DNA of 52,764 bases from a virus (taxonomy: Duplodnaviria > Caudoviricetes). The stretch spans positions 1 to 52,764 of the IMG/VR virus record IMGVR_UViG_3300036851_000303. One strand, written 5' to 3'. The notes beneath the pieces are model-generated. The model did not search any database, was not told the origin of the DNA, and saw only the letters and a program-made list of their open reading frames with translations. This document shows positions 7,989-17,291 of this stretch, one piece after another; the first letter of the stretch is position 1; the number at the start of each line of letters is the position of its first letter. The position numbers were made by a program, and so were the translations under genes.

Positions 7989-8611
7989 CAGAGCCACCTA
8001 TGGCGCAAGGCGTACCCGTCCCTGTGCTTGACACCAGGTCCGCGATGATCGGCGCTCGGGATCTCGCGGAACTGCTGGCAGTCGCATCCCCCGACTTCGC
8101 ATCGGCCGCGCTGCTTCGCGTCATCCCACGATGTGGCGTCGATGACCTCGTGATTATAGTGCTCATGCCCACACTCGCATTGCCGCCGGCTTCGGGCGTT
8201 CTGATGTTCGGGCGAGGGGCAATTATCCCCTGTGCAGTCGTACTCCGGGTAAATCGCGTACGACAGGGAGTGTACAAGGTGAAACCCCATATCCATGCCG
8301 CAACCGCCGACGATCAGTCCGTCGCCCTGCTTCGCCTGCGACAGACCAAGAGCCGCGGCCACCGCGTGATTCGGATGGATAAAATCTACCTTTGGATCAC
8401 TGAGACTGAGCCCGCCTAGCTCCTTGCCAGTCTTACGATCGACGCTCGGTATTTGGTGCCGCTCGATCTGCGGTATTACGACGCGAATGCGCCGCGACAT
8501 ACCTGACCGCGAGACGTGGTCAAGAATTGTGTAGACGGTATCCCCTGATTTGATCCATTCGCGCAGTCGCGCAATCGCTTCGGCGCGATCGGACTTGCTG
8601 TAACGTGCCAT
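7988..8611 (-). CDS. conserved-looking phage hypothetical protein with Cys-rich C-terminus
   Basis: VSRSGMSRRI and GCGMDMGF blocks. AGGAGG RBS fused to motif 1. Confidence 0.75.
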   Translation of the reverse strand: MARYSKSDRAEAIARLREWIKSGDTVYTILDHVSRSGMSRRIRVVIPQIERHQIPSVDRKTGKELGGLSLSDPKVDFIHPNHAVAAALGLSQAKQGDGLIVGGCGMDMGFHLVHSLSYAIYPEYDCTGDNCPSPEHQNARSRRQCECGHEHYNHEVIDATSWDDAKQRGRCEVGGCDCQQFREIPSADHRGPGVKHRDGYALRHRWL

Positions 8612-8637
8612 CGTTGCCTCCTGATGTGGGGAGTTAC

Positions 8638-8871
8638 CTAAGCAGGCTCCCCCTGTGCAATCTTCCCCGTCGTCGTGTCGCGCAACTTCAGGCCGGCGCC
8701 AATGGCCGCCATCAAGATCGCGATCCCGCACCTGTGCTCACAGTCAACCGCGCGTTCGGGATTGGTGTGGCTGTCGGGTACGTGACACGCCATCCACAGG
8801 CGCCCTACTTCGGTACGCGGGCGGATGGAGATGATCGTGCCGTGGTTCGTGGTGTCGAGATCAGCTCGCAT
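8638..8871 (-). CDS. small hypothetical protein
   Basis: GGAGG RBS, MRADLDTTNHG... Confidence 0.65.
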   Translation of the reverse strand: MRADLDTTNHGTIISIRPRTEVGRLWMACHVPDSHTNPERAVDCEHRCGIAILMAAIGAGLKLRDTTTGKIAQGEPA

Positions 8872-8964
8872 CCTAGTCCTCCCCCTACTTCGCCCCGCAA
8901 CGGGGACACGTTGAGCCGGCCCACACAGGCCAGCGGTAGTCGCACTTCCAGCAGATACGCTCAT

Positions 8965-9174
8965 TCATGCGACCACCTCCCGCACGAAGTACCCACGACC
9001 CGTGAGACGACTGCGAAGATCAAGTACGCGTACGCGCGTTTGCAGCGGTACACGACGCCAGTACCCAGCCCACTGCCCCCGCTGGACGAAGTACATCAAC
9101 TCGGTTTTAGGTGTAGGCGCGGGGTTGGAAATACGCCCACTTGTGACAGAAGCTAACCACTTACTCTGTGGCAT
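8965..9174 (-). CDS. small basic hypothetical protein
   Basis: GGAGG RBS, MPQSKWLASV... Confidence 0.55.
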   Translation of the reverse strand: MPQSKWLASVTSGRISNPAPTPKTELMYFVQRGQWAGYWRRVPLQTRVRVLDLRSRLTGRGYFVREVVA

Positions 9175-9472
9175 CGTCGTCCTCCTCCTCCTCCTCGTAC
9201 ACTGGCGCGCAGCACTCGCCGGCCTCTTCCGCCGTCCGATGGTCCTGCCCGCATTCGTGGCACTTGTACCGCCGGCCATTCGGGCACCCGTGTTCGTGTG
9301 TGGCGTGACCGTTGACCGCGAGTGCTTCACACTGTGAGCACCCGATCTGAATAGCGAACTCCTGATCGGACGGGTCAACATCGTCGGTATAGTCGGCCGA
9401 CGCAATCTCGGAATTGTCGAACCCGCGATCGATCAGACTGTCGAGCAGGGCGTGTGCTTTGGCGGCGTTCAT
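9161..9472 (-). CDS. acidic zinc-finger hypothetical protein
   Basis: CSQC..HEHGC..CHEC, poly-acidic tail (DNA-mimic-like charge). Confidence 0.7.
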   Translation of the reverse strand: MNAAKAHALLDSLIDRGFDNSEIASADYTDDVDPSDQEFAIQIGCSQCEALAVNGHATHEHGCPNGRRYKCHECGQDHRTAEEAGECCAPVYEEEEEDDDATE

Positions 9473-9954
9473 GACTGTTCACCTGATGTGGGGAGAATGA
9501 GCCGCGCGAAACGATACATGAGCCGATCGCGCGGCTCGTCGTACGACTCCTCGATCTGTTCCGTTAGAACGTGGTGAAACGTTTCCGAGAGGCAGTCCTT
9601 GATGTCGTTTCGATTGCGGCCTGTGATCGTCAGGTCAACTTGGCCTATGAACGATGGGCGAGCTGTGATCGTGTGCTCCGTCCATCCGTCGTACATCCCG
9701 CCATCGTTCATATGGTGAAATGACGCGTGGATAACGATCTTCTCCTCAGTGCACTCGTCAAGGTCAATCGTGCACCCCGAGTCGATACCCGAGCCGGAAG
9801 GTAGTACGTCCTTACACATCCGCTCAACAGCATCGGCGTGCTTATTGAGCCATTCCGTATTGCCCGATGCCTTGCAGCGGTGATAGGCGCCGATGGCGCC
9901 AGCCAGGAGCTTGTACAGCGGCTCGACTCTGGATCTACCTGCGACAGCGGTCAT
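9469..9954 (-). CDS. conserved-looking phage hypothetical protein
   Basis: LPSGSGID...FHHMNDGGMYDGWT; GGAGG RBS. Confidence 0.75.
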   Translation of the reverse strand: MTAVAGRSRVEPLYKLLAGAIGAYHRCKASGNTEWLNKHADAVERMCKDVLPSGSGIDSGCTIDLDECTEEKIVIHASFHHMNDGGMYDGWTEHTITARPSFIGQVDLTITGRNRNDIKDCLSETFHHVLTEQIEESYDEPRDRLMYRFARLILPTSGEQS

Positions 9955-10122
9955 GGTGCCTCCCGTACCTGATCTGATGTGGGGTGATACTCTACCGTAC
10001 CAGCTCCGACAATGGCGCGCGTACACCCCTAGTGCGCGCAGCATCGGCGGCCGAGTCGATTGCTCGGCCGAGTGTGTAGATCATGGCGACTGTGAAGATG
10101 AGTAGCGCGAGGAAGAGGCGCA

Positions 10123-10392
10123 TCACTCCACCCAGTCAGCGCAACCCGCGTCATTTAGATCGCACGTCACTAAGCCCTGGTCCATTCGCGTGAATGCATC
10201 AGTCCACAGCTCGTCGCGTTGAAGGGCGGTCGTTGGACGTGCAGTGATTACTAGCTCGTGAATGTCCCCCGGCCAGTGCTTGCCGCGCGGCGCAGCGATA
10301 CGGATCGTGAACACAGACCCGGTCTGTTCCCATTCGACAGAGGCGCCGATGCGCTCAGCCTCTCTGTAAACCGCGTTCTTGGGGAACCTCAT
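10123..10392 (-). CDS. first leftward (early) hypothetical protein
   Basis: GGAGG RBS, MRFPKNAV... Confidence 0.65.
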   Translation of the reverse strand: MRFPKNAVYREAERIGASVEWEQTGSVFTIRIAAPRGKHWPGDIHELVITARPTTALQRDELWTDAFTRMDQGLVTCDLNDAGCADWVE

Positions 10393-10496
10393 ATCGCCTC
10401 CATCTGGGATCCCGGGATCTAATCTATACCTCAATCGTCCCACATCAGACCCCTGCAGTACGTGTACCTCCCCACAATCGTCCAAACACTAGCATA

Positions 10497-10525
10497 ATCA
10501 TTGCCTCCAACCGTCCTATCGTCAA
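10497..10525 (-). promoter_or_regulatory. leftward early sigma70 promoter
   Basis: TTGACG-17 bp-AATGAT at the head of the leftward arm. Motif-1 variants at 10439 and 10468 just downstream. Confidence 0.6.
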
Positions 10526-10801
10526 CCCTTTGACGCTGTTCTACCGGGTTTCCCCGCGTCCGAACGCGTAACCGCCTGCTGCTCAACGACTTAGCATGGT
10601 GTCGGAATACCGACACTCCAAACGCCAATATCGTCAACATATTGACGCTTCTACCTCATCCGTAGGGCGCACAGGGATCACACGTACGCGAGCCGACACC
10701 CAATATCGAGCGAATCACTCAGCGTTCGGCCCAAGGTTCGCGCCCATGTCGGGCGCAGGGGGGCGAGGGGCGGGGGGACCCCCCGGCGATGTGACTCCGA
10801 C

Positions 10802-10836
10802 TCGACCGGGGTGGGGGTGTCCCGGTCGAATTTTTT
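10802..10836 (+). terminator. GC hairpin plus T-run
   Basis: TCGACCGGG...CCCGGTCGA followed by ATTTTTT. Confidence 0.55.
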
Positions 10837-10861
10837 GTAGGAGGATACGGTCGGGCTACAG

Positions 10862-10970
10862 TGGGTATCTGGGTATCGGGATCAGGGGGATCTAGGACTA
10901 GGGATCAGGGAATCAGGGATCAGGTACCTAGGGGGATCCGGGATCGGGGATCACTGCCACCAGGGATCTA
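10862..10970 (+). repeat. cluster of short GGGATC/GGGTATC direct repeats (candidate pac or origin iterons)
   Basis: Repeated GGGATC(A/T)G units in non-coding DNA upstream of terS. Confidence 0.5.
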
Positions 10971-11220
10971 ATAGGGTACGTCAGTCATATATAAGTACAA
11001 GAAGGAGAACAGGATCTACGATTGGGAATCCCGGGCGAGTACGTGGGTACCGGGGGGTACGGGGGACGGAGGGTGTGGGAGGGTGCGAGGGTGGAGCCGC
11101 GGTCCTCTGGTACCCCAGGATGGGCAACGCGAGGAGGATGCGCGCAGTAGGCGCCCCGAGGTCCGGTACCGCAGCTCCGACTCCTAGTCTACCACCATCT
11201 CCCCACATCAGACCCTACTC

Positions 11221-11235
11221 TGGTATGATTCTTGC
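11221..11235 (+). promoter_or_regulatory. rightward promoter for terS (extended -10 TGnTATGAT; also fits sigma54 TGGTATG-N4-TTGC)
   Basis: TATGAT ends 6 nt before GTG 11236, suggesting a leaderless mRNA. Motif 1 at 11201 sits in the -35 region. Confidence 0.5.
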
Positions 11236-12009
11236 GTGGAGCAGTACGCGAACCTCCTATATCCCGATCCCCGCGAAGGTCAGGGTCGTACCGTACTGGG
11301 GGGTACGGGGGGTACGCGAAACCCCTCTAATCAGGGGGTTTCGTCACACACGTGGTCCCGCCCCCGGCGCAAGCTCCCGCCTGAGCCCCCCAACGCTATC
11401 CCGGTATCGCAGATCCCCGACGCGCTCCTCCCCCCGGATCCCGGTCCCGCGTCCGAGCTGGTGAAGGTCGGGGAAGTGTGCGGGTACGAGGTCCACGCGC
11501 GGCGTACGGTAGTCGAGCAGGCGGCTCGGTTCCAAGAGGCGCTTGGGAAGGACCGCTGGCCCGGTGATGCACTGCTGGCAACGATCATGGCGCTCCGCAT
11601 CGGGATCAAGCCCACCCCCACCTACCGCGAGATCGCGCGGATGCTCAATATGTCCGAGCGGCATGTCCTCCGCATCGCCAAGCGCGGGAAGAAGGATCAA
11701 GTCGTCGAGCGGGAACTCAATCGGCTCGATCGCGAGGGGCTCCCGATGGCGGTCGAGAACGTGCTCGAAGGGCTGCAGGAGCGCGACAAGGACTACACGC
11801 TGGAGTACCTCAAAGGCCGCGGGGTGTTCCGGCAGAAGCACGAGACGGTACAAGACCCGAACGCGGTCGCAGCCTTCACCGGGCTCGTGGTGCAGTTCGT
11901 CCACGACGGGAGCGCCGCAGAGATCAAGGCCGGCGCCATCATCGCCAACCCGAATCGCGCCCTGGCGCCGGTACCAGCGGCGGTACGTACCCCGGACTCG
12001 CGTGAGTAA
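11236..12009 (+). CDS. terS: terminase small subunit (HTH)
   Basis: HTH TYREIARMLNMSERHVLRI; directly upstream of and overlapping terL. Confidence 0.7.
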   Translation: MEQYANLLYPDPREGQGRTVLGGTGGTRNPSNQGVSSHTWSRPRRKLPPEPPNAIPVSQIPDALLPPDPGPASELVKVGEVCGYEVHARRTVVEQAARFQEALGKDRWPGDALLATIMALRIGIKPTPTYREIARMLNMSERHVLRIAKRGKKDQVVERELNRLDREGLPMAVENVLEGLQERDKDYTLEYLKGRGVFRQKHETVQDPNAVAAFTGLVVQFVHDGSAAEIKAGAIIANPNRALAPVPAAVRTPDSRE

Positions 12010-13666
12010 AACTCGTACCGCGAACAAGGACGTCTACCTCCCGCCGATCAACCGATCCCTCACGCACGACAGCGAGGGGAACGAGATCAACCCGAAGCTC
12101 GGGCCGACGATCTCGCTCGCACTCCGCGGGCAGCCGCTCGTCCAACTGCTGTACAACCCCGTACAGGAGTCGTTCCTCAAATCCATCCTCCTGCGGCGGT
12201 GCGAGTTCTGCATCGAGATCGACCCCGGGACAGGCGAGCCCGCGGGTTTCCTGTTCCCCGTCGATTTCGCGCGGAAGGAGTTCGCGCAGCACTGCCCCCG
12301 GTGCGACCGCAAGGGGCTCCGCGTCTATCAGAACCTCCTGATCCGCGCCGGCCGGCGGTTTGGCAAGACGCGCATCGGCACCCTGGCGACCATTCTCGAA
12401 TCGCAAATCCCGAATACGAACCACTGGATCTGCGCGCCCACGTACCCGCTCCTCGACGAGTTCGCGATCCCGACCTTCTTCAAGCAACTCCCGCAGCGGC
12501 TCGTGGACGAGGGGTACTGGAAAGAGAGCGACCGGCACCTGTGGTTGCCCAACGGTAGCGAAATTAAGTTCGTCTCCCTCGACGACCCCGAGCGTGGCCG
12601 CGGATCCGGCCTCGACACCCTCTGCCTCGACGAAGCGGCGCTCCTCGTCAAGAAGGCGTGGGAAGTCGCGTCGCCGGCTCTGACCGACAAGGCGGGTGCG
12701 GCCTGGGTCATCACCACTCCCCAAGGTGGCGACTGGACCGAGGACGTGTTCGAGGAACCAGCGAAGGCGGGAGAGCCCGGGTACTGGTTCGCCGAAGCGA
12801 CCACCCTCGACGCGCCGCACATCCGGCACGAGGAGGTCGAGAAGAAGCGCAAGTCGATGTCGCCGGAGATGTTCGCGCAGGAGTACATGGCTCAGCGCGT
12901 CATCTTCACGGGCGCGATCTTCGGGGATCTGCTGGAGAAGTGCGCGGTCGATGATTCAACGGACGACGGATTCGCGGTCCTGAAATCGCTGATTCCCGAA
13001 TGGCCGGATATTGACCCCTCGCGATCAGGCATCATCGGCCTTGACCCCGGCGCGGATCACCCGTTCGGTGGAGTGAGCATCGTATCGACCCCCAAGGGAC
13101 TCGTAGCGATCGATGAGTACTGCGAGCGCTACAAGCCGGCCGCCGAACACAAACGCAGCATCCGTGCGATGGCGCAGGCCGCTAGTGTGCGGCACGCGAT
13201 CGACCGCTCGCAACTCCAGATGCAGATCGAGCTGGCGCAACCGCCGCACCGGATCTTCTCCACGCCAGCCGAGAACGACGTCGTTGCCGGCATCGAGCGC
13301 GTGAAGTCGTGGGCGATCGTCGGGCGGCTGTTCATTGTGAAATCCCGGTGCCCGAAGCTCCTGAAGCAGTCGACGCGGTACCGCTGGAAGGATACGAAGT
13401 CCGCGAAGGACGAAGGACTCGGGCGCCAGGAGCCGATCAAGAAGGACGACGACATTCTCGACGCGCTGCGGTACGCGCTCATGTTGTGGCCGCAGCTCCC
13501 CGAGCAGTTCGTCGCGGCGATCGTCACCGAAACGCCCAAGGTGCGCGACCTCAGTCTGCTCCCCGACAAGCAGCGCGCGGAAATTGAGCGTATTCGGCGG
13601 AGTGACGCGGCCCACGACTCAGAGGAACAAGAAGTAGTAGCAGGGATGGCTGAGTTCTATGCCTAA
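12002..13666 (+). CDS. terL: terminase large subunit
   Basis: Walker A GRRFGKT, APTY, GRG..LCLDEAA Walker B, TTP coupling motif, nuclease GLDPG and DDILDALRY. Confidence 0.95.
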   Translation: MSKTRTANKDVYLPPINRSLTHDSEGNEINPKLGPTISLALRGQPLVQLLYNPVQESFLKSILLRRCEFCIEIDPGTGEPAGFLFPVDFARKEFAQHCPRCDRKGLRVYQNLLIRAGRRFGKTRIGTLATILESQIPNTNHWICAPTYPLLDEFAIPTFFKQLPQRLVDEGYWKESDRHLWLPNGSEIKFVSLDDPERGRGSGLDTLCLDEAALLVKKAWEVASPALTDKAGAAWVITTPQGGDWTEDVFEEPAKAGEPGYWFAEATTLDAPHIRHEEVEKKRKSMSPEMFAQEYMAQRVIFTGAIFGDLLEKCAVDDSTDDGFAVLKSLIPEWPDIDPSRSGIIGLDPGADHPFGGVSIVSTPKGLVAIDEYCERYKPAAEHKRSIRAMAQAASVRHAIDRSQLQMQIELAQPPHRIFSTPAENDVVAGIERVKSWAIVGRLFIVKSRCPKLLKQSTRYRWKDTKSAKDEGLGRQEPIKKDDDILDALRYALMLWPQLPEQFVAAIVTETPKVRDLSLLPDKQRAEIERIRRSDAAHDSEEQEVVAGMAEFYA

Positions 13667-13820
13667 AGCCCTTGAGCGAAAACTGCAACGGGAGGCGGCG
13701 GTGCGCGGCTTCGATGAGGCACGGACGAACGCGTACGTGTACGGGACGCTCCGCAAGACCGGATGGAAGCCAGCGCGCGAGAAACGCACGCGAGGAGGAA
13801 AGCGACATCATGTGGGTTAA
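13659..13820 (+). CDS. small basic protein (not in ORF track)
   Basis: MPKALERKLQREAAVRGFDEARTNAYVYGTLRKTGWKP...; overlaps the terL stop and the next start. Confidence 0.6.
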   Translation: MPKALERKLQREAAVRGFDEARTNAYVYGTLRKTGWKPAREKRTRGGKRHHVG

Positions 13821-14118
13821 GCGGCAAGTGTTCATCGATCTCATCGCTCGGGCGGCCTCGCTCTCGTCGACCGCGGAGTGGCTGCGGATTCGCGTCAACC
13901 AGCTCGAACGCGAGAACGCGGTGCTCAAAAATCAGAAGTTCCACCTCCCCGTCGACGTCCCCGAGATCGAACGCGTGGAGCCGCCCGAGCCTCTTCCTGG
14001 CCGGGTTGGGGTAAGGGACGCTGGTCCGCAGCCGCCGTCTGTGCAGGATCTCCTCGTCGGCAATATCAACATGGAAGACATGGGCGACGAGGAAGCGCGT
14101 CGTCAGGGCATCGAGTAA
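13810..14118 (+). CDS. coiled-coil hypothetical protein
   Basis: GAGGAGG RBS, MWVKRQVF... Confidence 0.7.
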   Translation: MWVKRQVFIDLIARAASLSSTAEWLRIRVNQLERENAVLKNQKFHLPVDVPEIERVEPPEPLPGRVGVRDAGPQPPSVQDLLVGNINMEDMGDEEARRQGIE

Positions 14119-14121
14119 CCA

Positions 14122-16431
14122 ATGGCTCAACCTCAGACCGGCGGCGCCGTCGCCGAACCCATTCAGGGCACGAACTCACCCACATCGGGCAAGGTGCTCC
14201 CGTTCCAGCCGAAACCCGACGCGTACCAGAACCTCGAACGGCAAGTCGAGGTCTTCAAGGAGGTCCTGAAGCAGTCCCAGGAGTCCCGCGCCGTGTTCGA
14301 GCGCGCGTGGTGGCGGATCCTGATGTACCTGCTCAAGCGGCAGTGGATCTTCTTCGACACCAAGCGGAATCAGTGGCGGGACAAGCGCCTCGCGAAGTGG
14401 ATGCCGCGGCCCACGAACTCGAAGATGAACGAGGGGCAGCAGACCTTGCGGTCGATCTTCGCCGCGATTCAGGTGGGGACGATCTCGCGCCCGAACGGGA
14501 CCGATCCGCTCAACGTAACGACGGCGGAAGTCTCGGATGCGTTGGAGCCGCTGATCCGCGAGGAACACGACATGGCGGCGGTGACGCGGGATCAGGACTT
14601 CTGGCTCACGGGACTCGGGAACGTCATTCTGCACCCGTGGTGGAACCCGGATGAGGGCGAAGTCACGATGATCCCTGACGCGGAGTGCCTCGATTGCGGG
14701 CTCGTGCATCCCGCCGGCACCTTGGATCTCGCGGAGCCTGCGTGCGAGAGCTGCGGCAGCCCCAATGTGCAGCCCATCGAGGGGTCGGAGCAACCGATCT
14801 CCCGCGGCAAAGGCGACACCGACGTGTGCTCGCCGCTTGAAATCCTGGTGCCGAGTGGGTACCAGCAGTGGAAGGATGTACGGGAACTGATCCGCGTCCG
14901 GTGGCGGAGTAAGTCGTACGGCGAGGCGCACTACCCGCCCGACGTGCTCGCCAAGATCCAGTGGGTCAAGGCACCGCAGGAGCGTAGTCTCCAACTATTG
15001 AAAGCACTCGCGTCGCAGTCCGACCTCACGGCGACACCCTTCATGTCGGGCGGGACCGGCGATATGTCCGAGAACGAGGGGTGCGTCGAGTACGAGATGT
15101 GGCTCAAGACGCGGCCGGAGTTCCCGAAGGGGTACCTCGGGCGCTTTGTCGGCGAAGGCGATCATGTGCTCGCGATTCAAGATCCGCAGCAGTCGTTGCC
15201 GGGGCCGATCCCGTACACCGACAAGTACAAGCGCCCCCTGTGGCCGTGGATCCACATCGGGTACGACACGTTCGGGGGGCGCCTGTGGTCGCGCGGGCCG
15301 ATGGAGGATCTCATCCCGCTTGTCGACAAGCTGAATCGGCTCGACGCGCGCATCGAACTCGCCACCGATCGCATGTCAAATGGGATCTGGCTGGAGCCGA
15401 AGGGGAGTGAGGTCGAGCGGCTCACCGGAGAACCCGGGATCATCGTCCGGTACAACGCGCTCGGGACCAACGGGCTCGGCAAACCGGAACGGATCGACGG
15501 GCAGAACATCCCGGCGAGCCTCTTCGCGTTACGGCAGCAGTACGTCGACGAGATCGAGCAGGCGATCGGCACCCATGACGTGTTGAAGGGGGAGCGTCCG
15601 CCGAATGTCGAAGCGTTCTCCGCGATTCAAGCCCTCATCGAGCAGGGCCAGCGGCGATTCACGACGGTATTTCAGGAGCGCGGGCGCGGACACCGCGAGT
15701 GGTACGCGATTGCGCTCGAACTCGAACGCGATTTCGGCCCCGAGGAGCGCGTGAAGGCTATTCTCGGCTCGAACCGGACGTGGTCGCACGAAGCGTTCAA
15801 GAAGGCGGACCTCCAAGGGAGCGTCACGATTCTGGTGGAGGACGGGAGCACCGTCCCCAAGACCGCGCTCGGCAAGCGCGCCGCGATCGATCACGCGAAC
15901 CAGCTCGCGCTCATCAACCCGCAGGATCCCGACCAACTGTACGCGGTCCTCAGCGAACTCGGGCTGAAGAACCTGATCCCGCGTATCGACAAATCGGTCT
16001 CCGCGGCCCTCCGCGAGCAGCACTTGTACGAGCAGTGGATCGCCGGCGGTCGACAGGAAGGCACCAACCCGCTTGTCCGCATCGACTACGTCGACGACGA
16101 TCCCGTCCACGTCGCGCAGCACAAGATGTGGGCGACCTCGGACGCGATTCGCGATCTCATGCTGGCGGACCCGACTGCGATGCAGGAGATCCAGATGCAC
16201 ATCTGGGAGCACGAGAACGGCGTGTTCCAGCAGGCGATGATCGCCGGCATGGCGGATGGAAAAGGCGGGCCAGGGGGCGGGACGCCCCCCGGGGATGGCT
16301 CAGGAGGGGAGGGTGCGGGCGCGAGCGGTGGAGGACCGCAAGGGAGTAGTGCGCCAGGCGGCGGGCAAAGTATGAGGAACTCCAACAGGGAGAGCGCGAA
16401 TCCTGCTGACGCGACTCCGCGCGCGGCCTAG
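14122..16431 (+). CDS. portal protein
   Basis: 769 aa after terL, with P22-like portal features (WSRGPMEDLIPL..LN, G..DVLKG) and a disordered C-terminus. Confidence 0.85.
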   Translation: MAQPQTGGAVAEPIQGTNSPTSGKVLPFQPKPDAYQNLERQVEVFKEVLKQSQESRAVFERAWWRILMYLLKRQWIFFDTKRNQWRDKRLAKWMPRPTNSKMNEGQQTLRSIFAAIQVGTISRPNGTDPLNVTTAEVSDALEPLIREEHDMAAVTRDQDFWLTGLGNVILHPWWNPDEGEVTMIPDAECLDCGLVHPAGTLDLAEPACESCGSPNVQPIEGSEQPISRGKGDTDVCSPLEILVPSGYQQWKDVRELIRVRWRSKSYGEAHYPPDVLAKIQWVKAPQERSLQLLKALASQSDLTATPFMSGGTGDMSENEGCVEYEMWLKTRPEFPKGYLGRFVGEGDHVLAIQDPQQSLPGPIPYTDKYKRPLWPWIHIGYDTFGGRLWSRGPMEDLIPLVDKLNRLDARIELATDRMSNGIWLEPKGSEVERLTGEPGIIVRYNALGTNGLGKPERIDGQNIPASLFALRQQYVDEIEQAIGTHDVLKGERPPNVEAFSAIQALIEQGQRRFTTVFQERGRGHREWYAIALELERDFGPEERVKAILGSNRTWSHEAFKKADLQGSVTILVEDGSTVPKTALGKRAAIDHANQLALINPQDPDQLYAVLSELGLKNLIPRIDKSVSAALREQHLYEQWIAGGRQEGTNPLVRIDYVDDDPVHVAQHKMWATSDAIRDLMLADPTAMQEIQMHIWEHENGVFQQAMIAGMADGKGGPGGGTPPGDGSGGEGAGASGGGPQGSSAPGGGQSMRNSNRESANPADATPRAA

Positions 16432-16475
16432 GACGTTCATTGGTGTGTGCCGTTCATTATAATGAACAACTGTGC

Positions 16476-16841
16476 TTAATAATGAACAACCTTGCTCTGA
16501 TTGAGCTTGACGATCACGTCGGCGATGTAGCCCCCGACGATCTCCGGCTGCGGGTTGTACCCCTGCACGTTCTCGTCGCCCCAGTACTTGTCGTACCGCC
16601 ACCCCGTCCGAAACGTCATCAGCCGATCTGAGAACGGGCGCGGCACCACGATCGACACAAACGGCAGGTTGCGTGGGACTGATCGCGCGACCATCAACTG
16701 CCACTGGCCGTTCTCGCTGCTCCAGAGTCGGTACTGCGGCTCGTCGGGCGACTTGAACGAGAGTTTTCGCTGTACGGCCGCTGCGGGTTTGCCGAGGATG
16801 CGTGGGTCCGTTCCCTGGTTGACGTATCCCTGATCAGGCAT
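16476..16841 (-). CDS. hypothetical protein (reverse cassette)
   Basis: 121-aa ORF antisense within the morphogenesis arm. Confidence 0.65.
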   Translation of the reverse strand: MPDQGYVNQGTDPRILGKPAAAVQRKLSFKSPDEPQYRLWSSENGQWQLMVARSVPRNLPFVSIVVPRPFSDRLMTFRTGWRYDKYWGDENVQGYNPQPEIVGGYIADVIVKLNQSKVVHY

Positions 16842-16883
16842 TTGTAGCCGTTACCCCAACCCGGCCAGATAGAGCGTTCGTAG

Positions 16884-17291
16884 TCACGCGCGTCCTTGTC
16901 CAGCGTGCCAACAGCGATGGCAATTCGCGCAGAGTACGACGCATTTCGCTTTCTCGCGATTGAACTTCTCATCCGACGCAGCCAAAATCAGCACCGCGAT
17001 CTTCGCTTCTTTCGTCGCGGGATCGATGTGGTGTAAGTCTAGACACGCGATTCGATCTTCGCCACAAATTACACAGGGGCCAAGTTCTGCTCGTCGGCGC
17101 CACGCGCGTTCTGATGCCCGGATTGCGCGATTTTTCCAGTCGTCTAGATGCTCGCGGTAATTTTTATGGTGAATCCTTTTCGTGCAGGTTCTACATGCCC
17201 GTCTACCGTTTCGCGAATAGATGTACGTGTTGGCCTTGTCGAAAGGGTGTCCGTGCTTGCAGTGTGTCTTCTTGGCGTTGAATCTAGACAT
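16884..17291 (-). CDS. HNH endonuclease
   Basis: KTHCKHGH..CRTC N-terminus; CVICG..LDLHHIDP..CVVLCANCHRCWH. Confidence 0.9.
   Translation of the reverse strand: MSRFNAKKTHCKHGHPFDKANTYIYSRNGRRACRTCTKRIHHKNYREHLDDWKNRAIRASERAWRRRAELGPCVICGEDRIACLDLHHIDPATKEAKIAVLILAASDEKFNREKAKCVVLCANCHRCWHAGQGRA

Noticed and set aside
11543-12001. 153-codon N-terminal extension of TerL in the ORF track
   Set aside because: It overlaps terS, has Arg/Ser-rich off-frame composition, and GTG 12002 gives a normal overlap.
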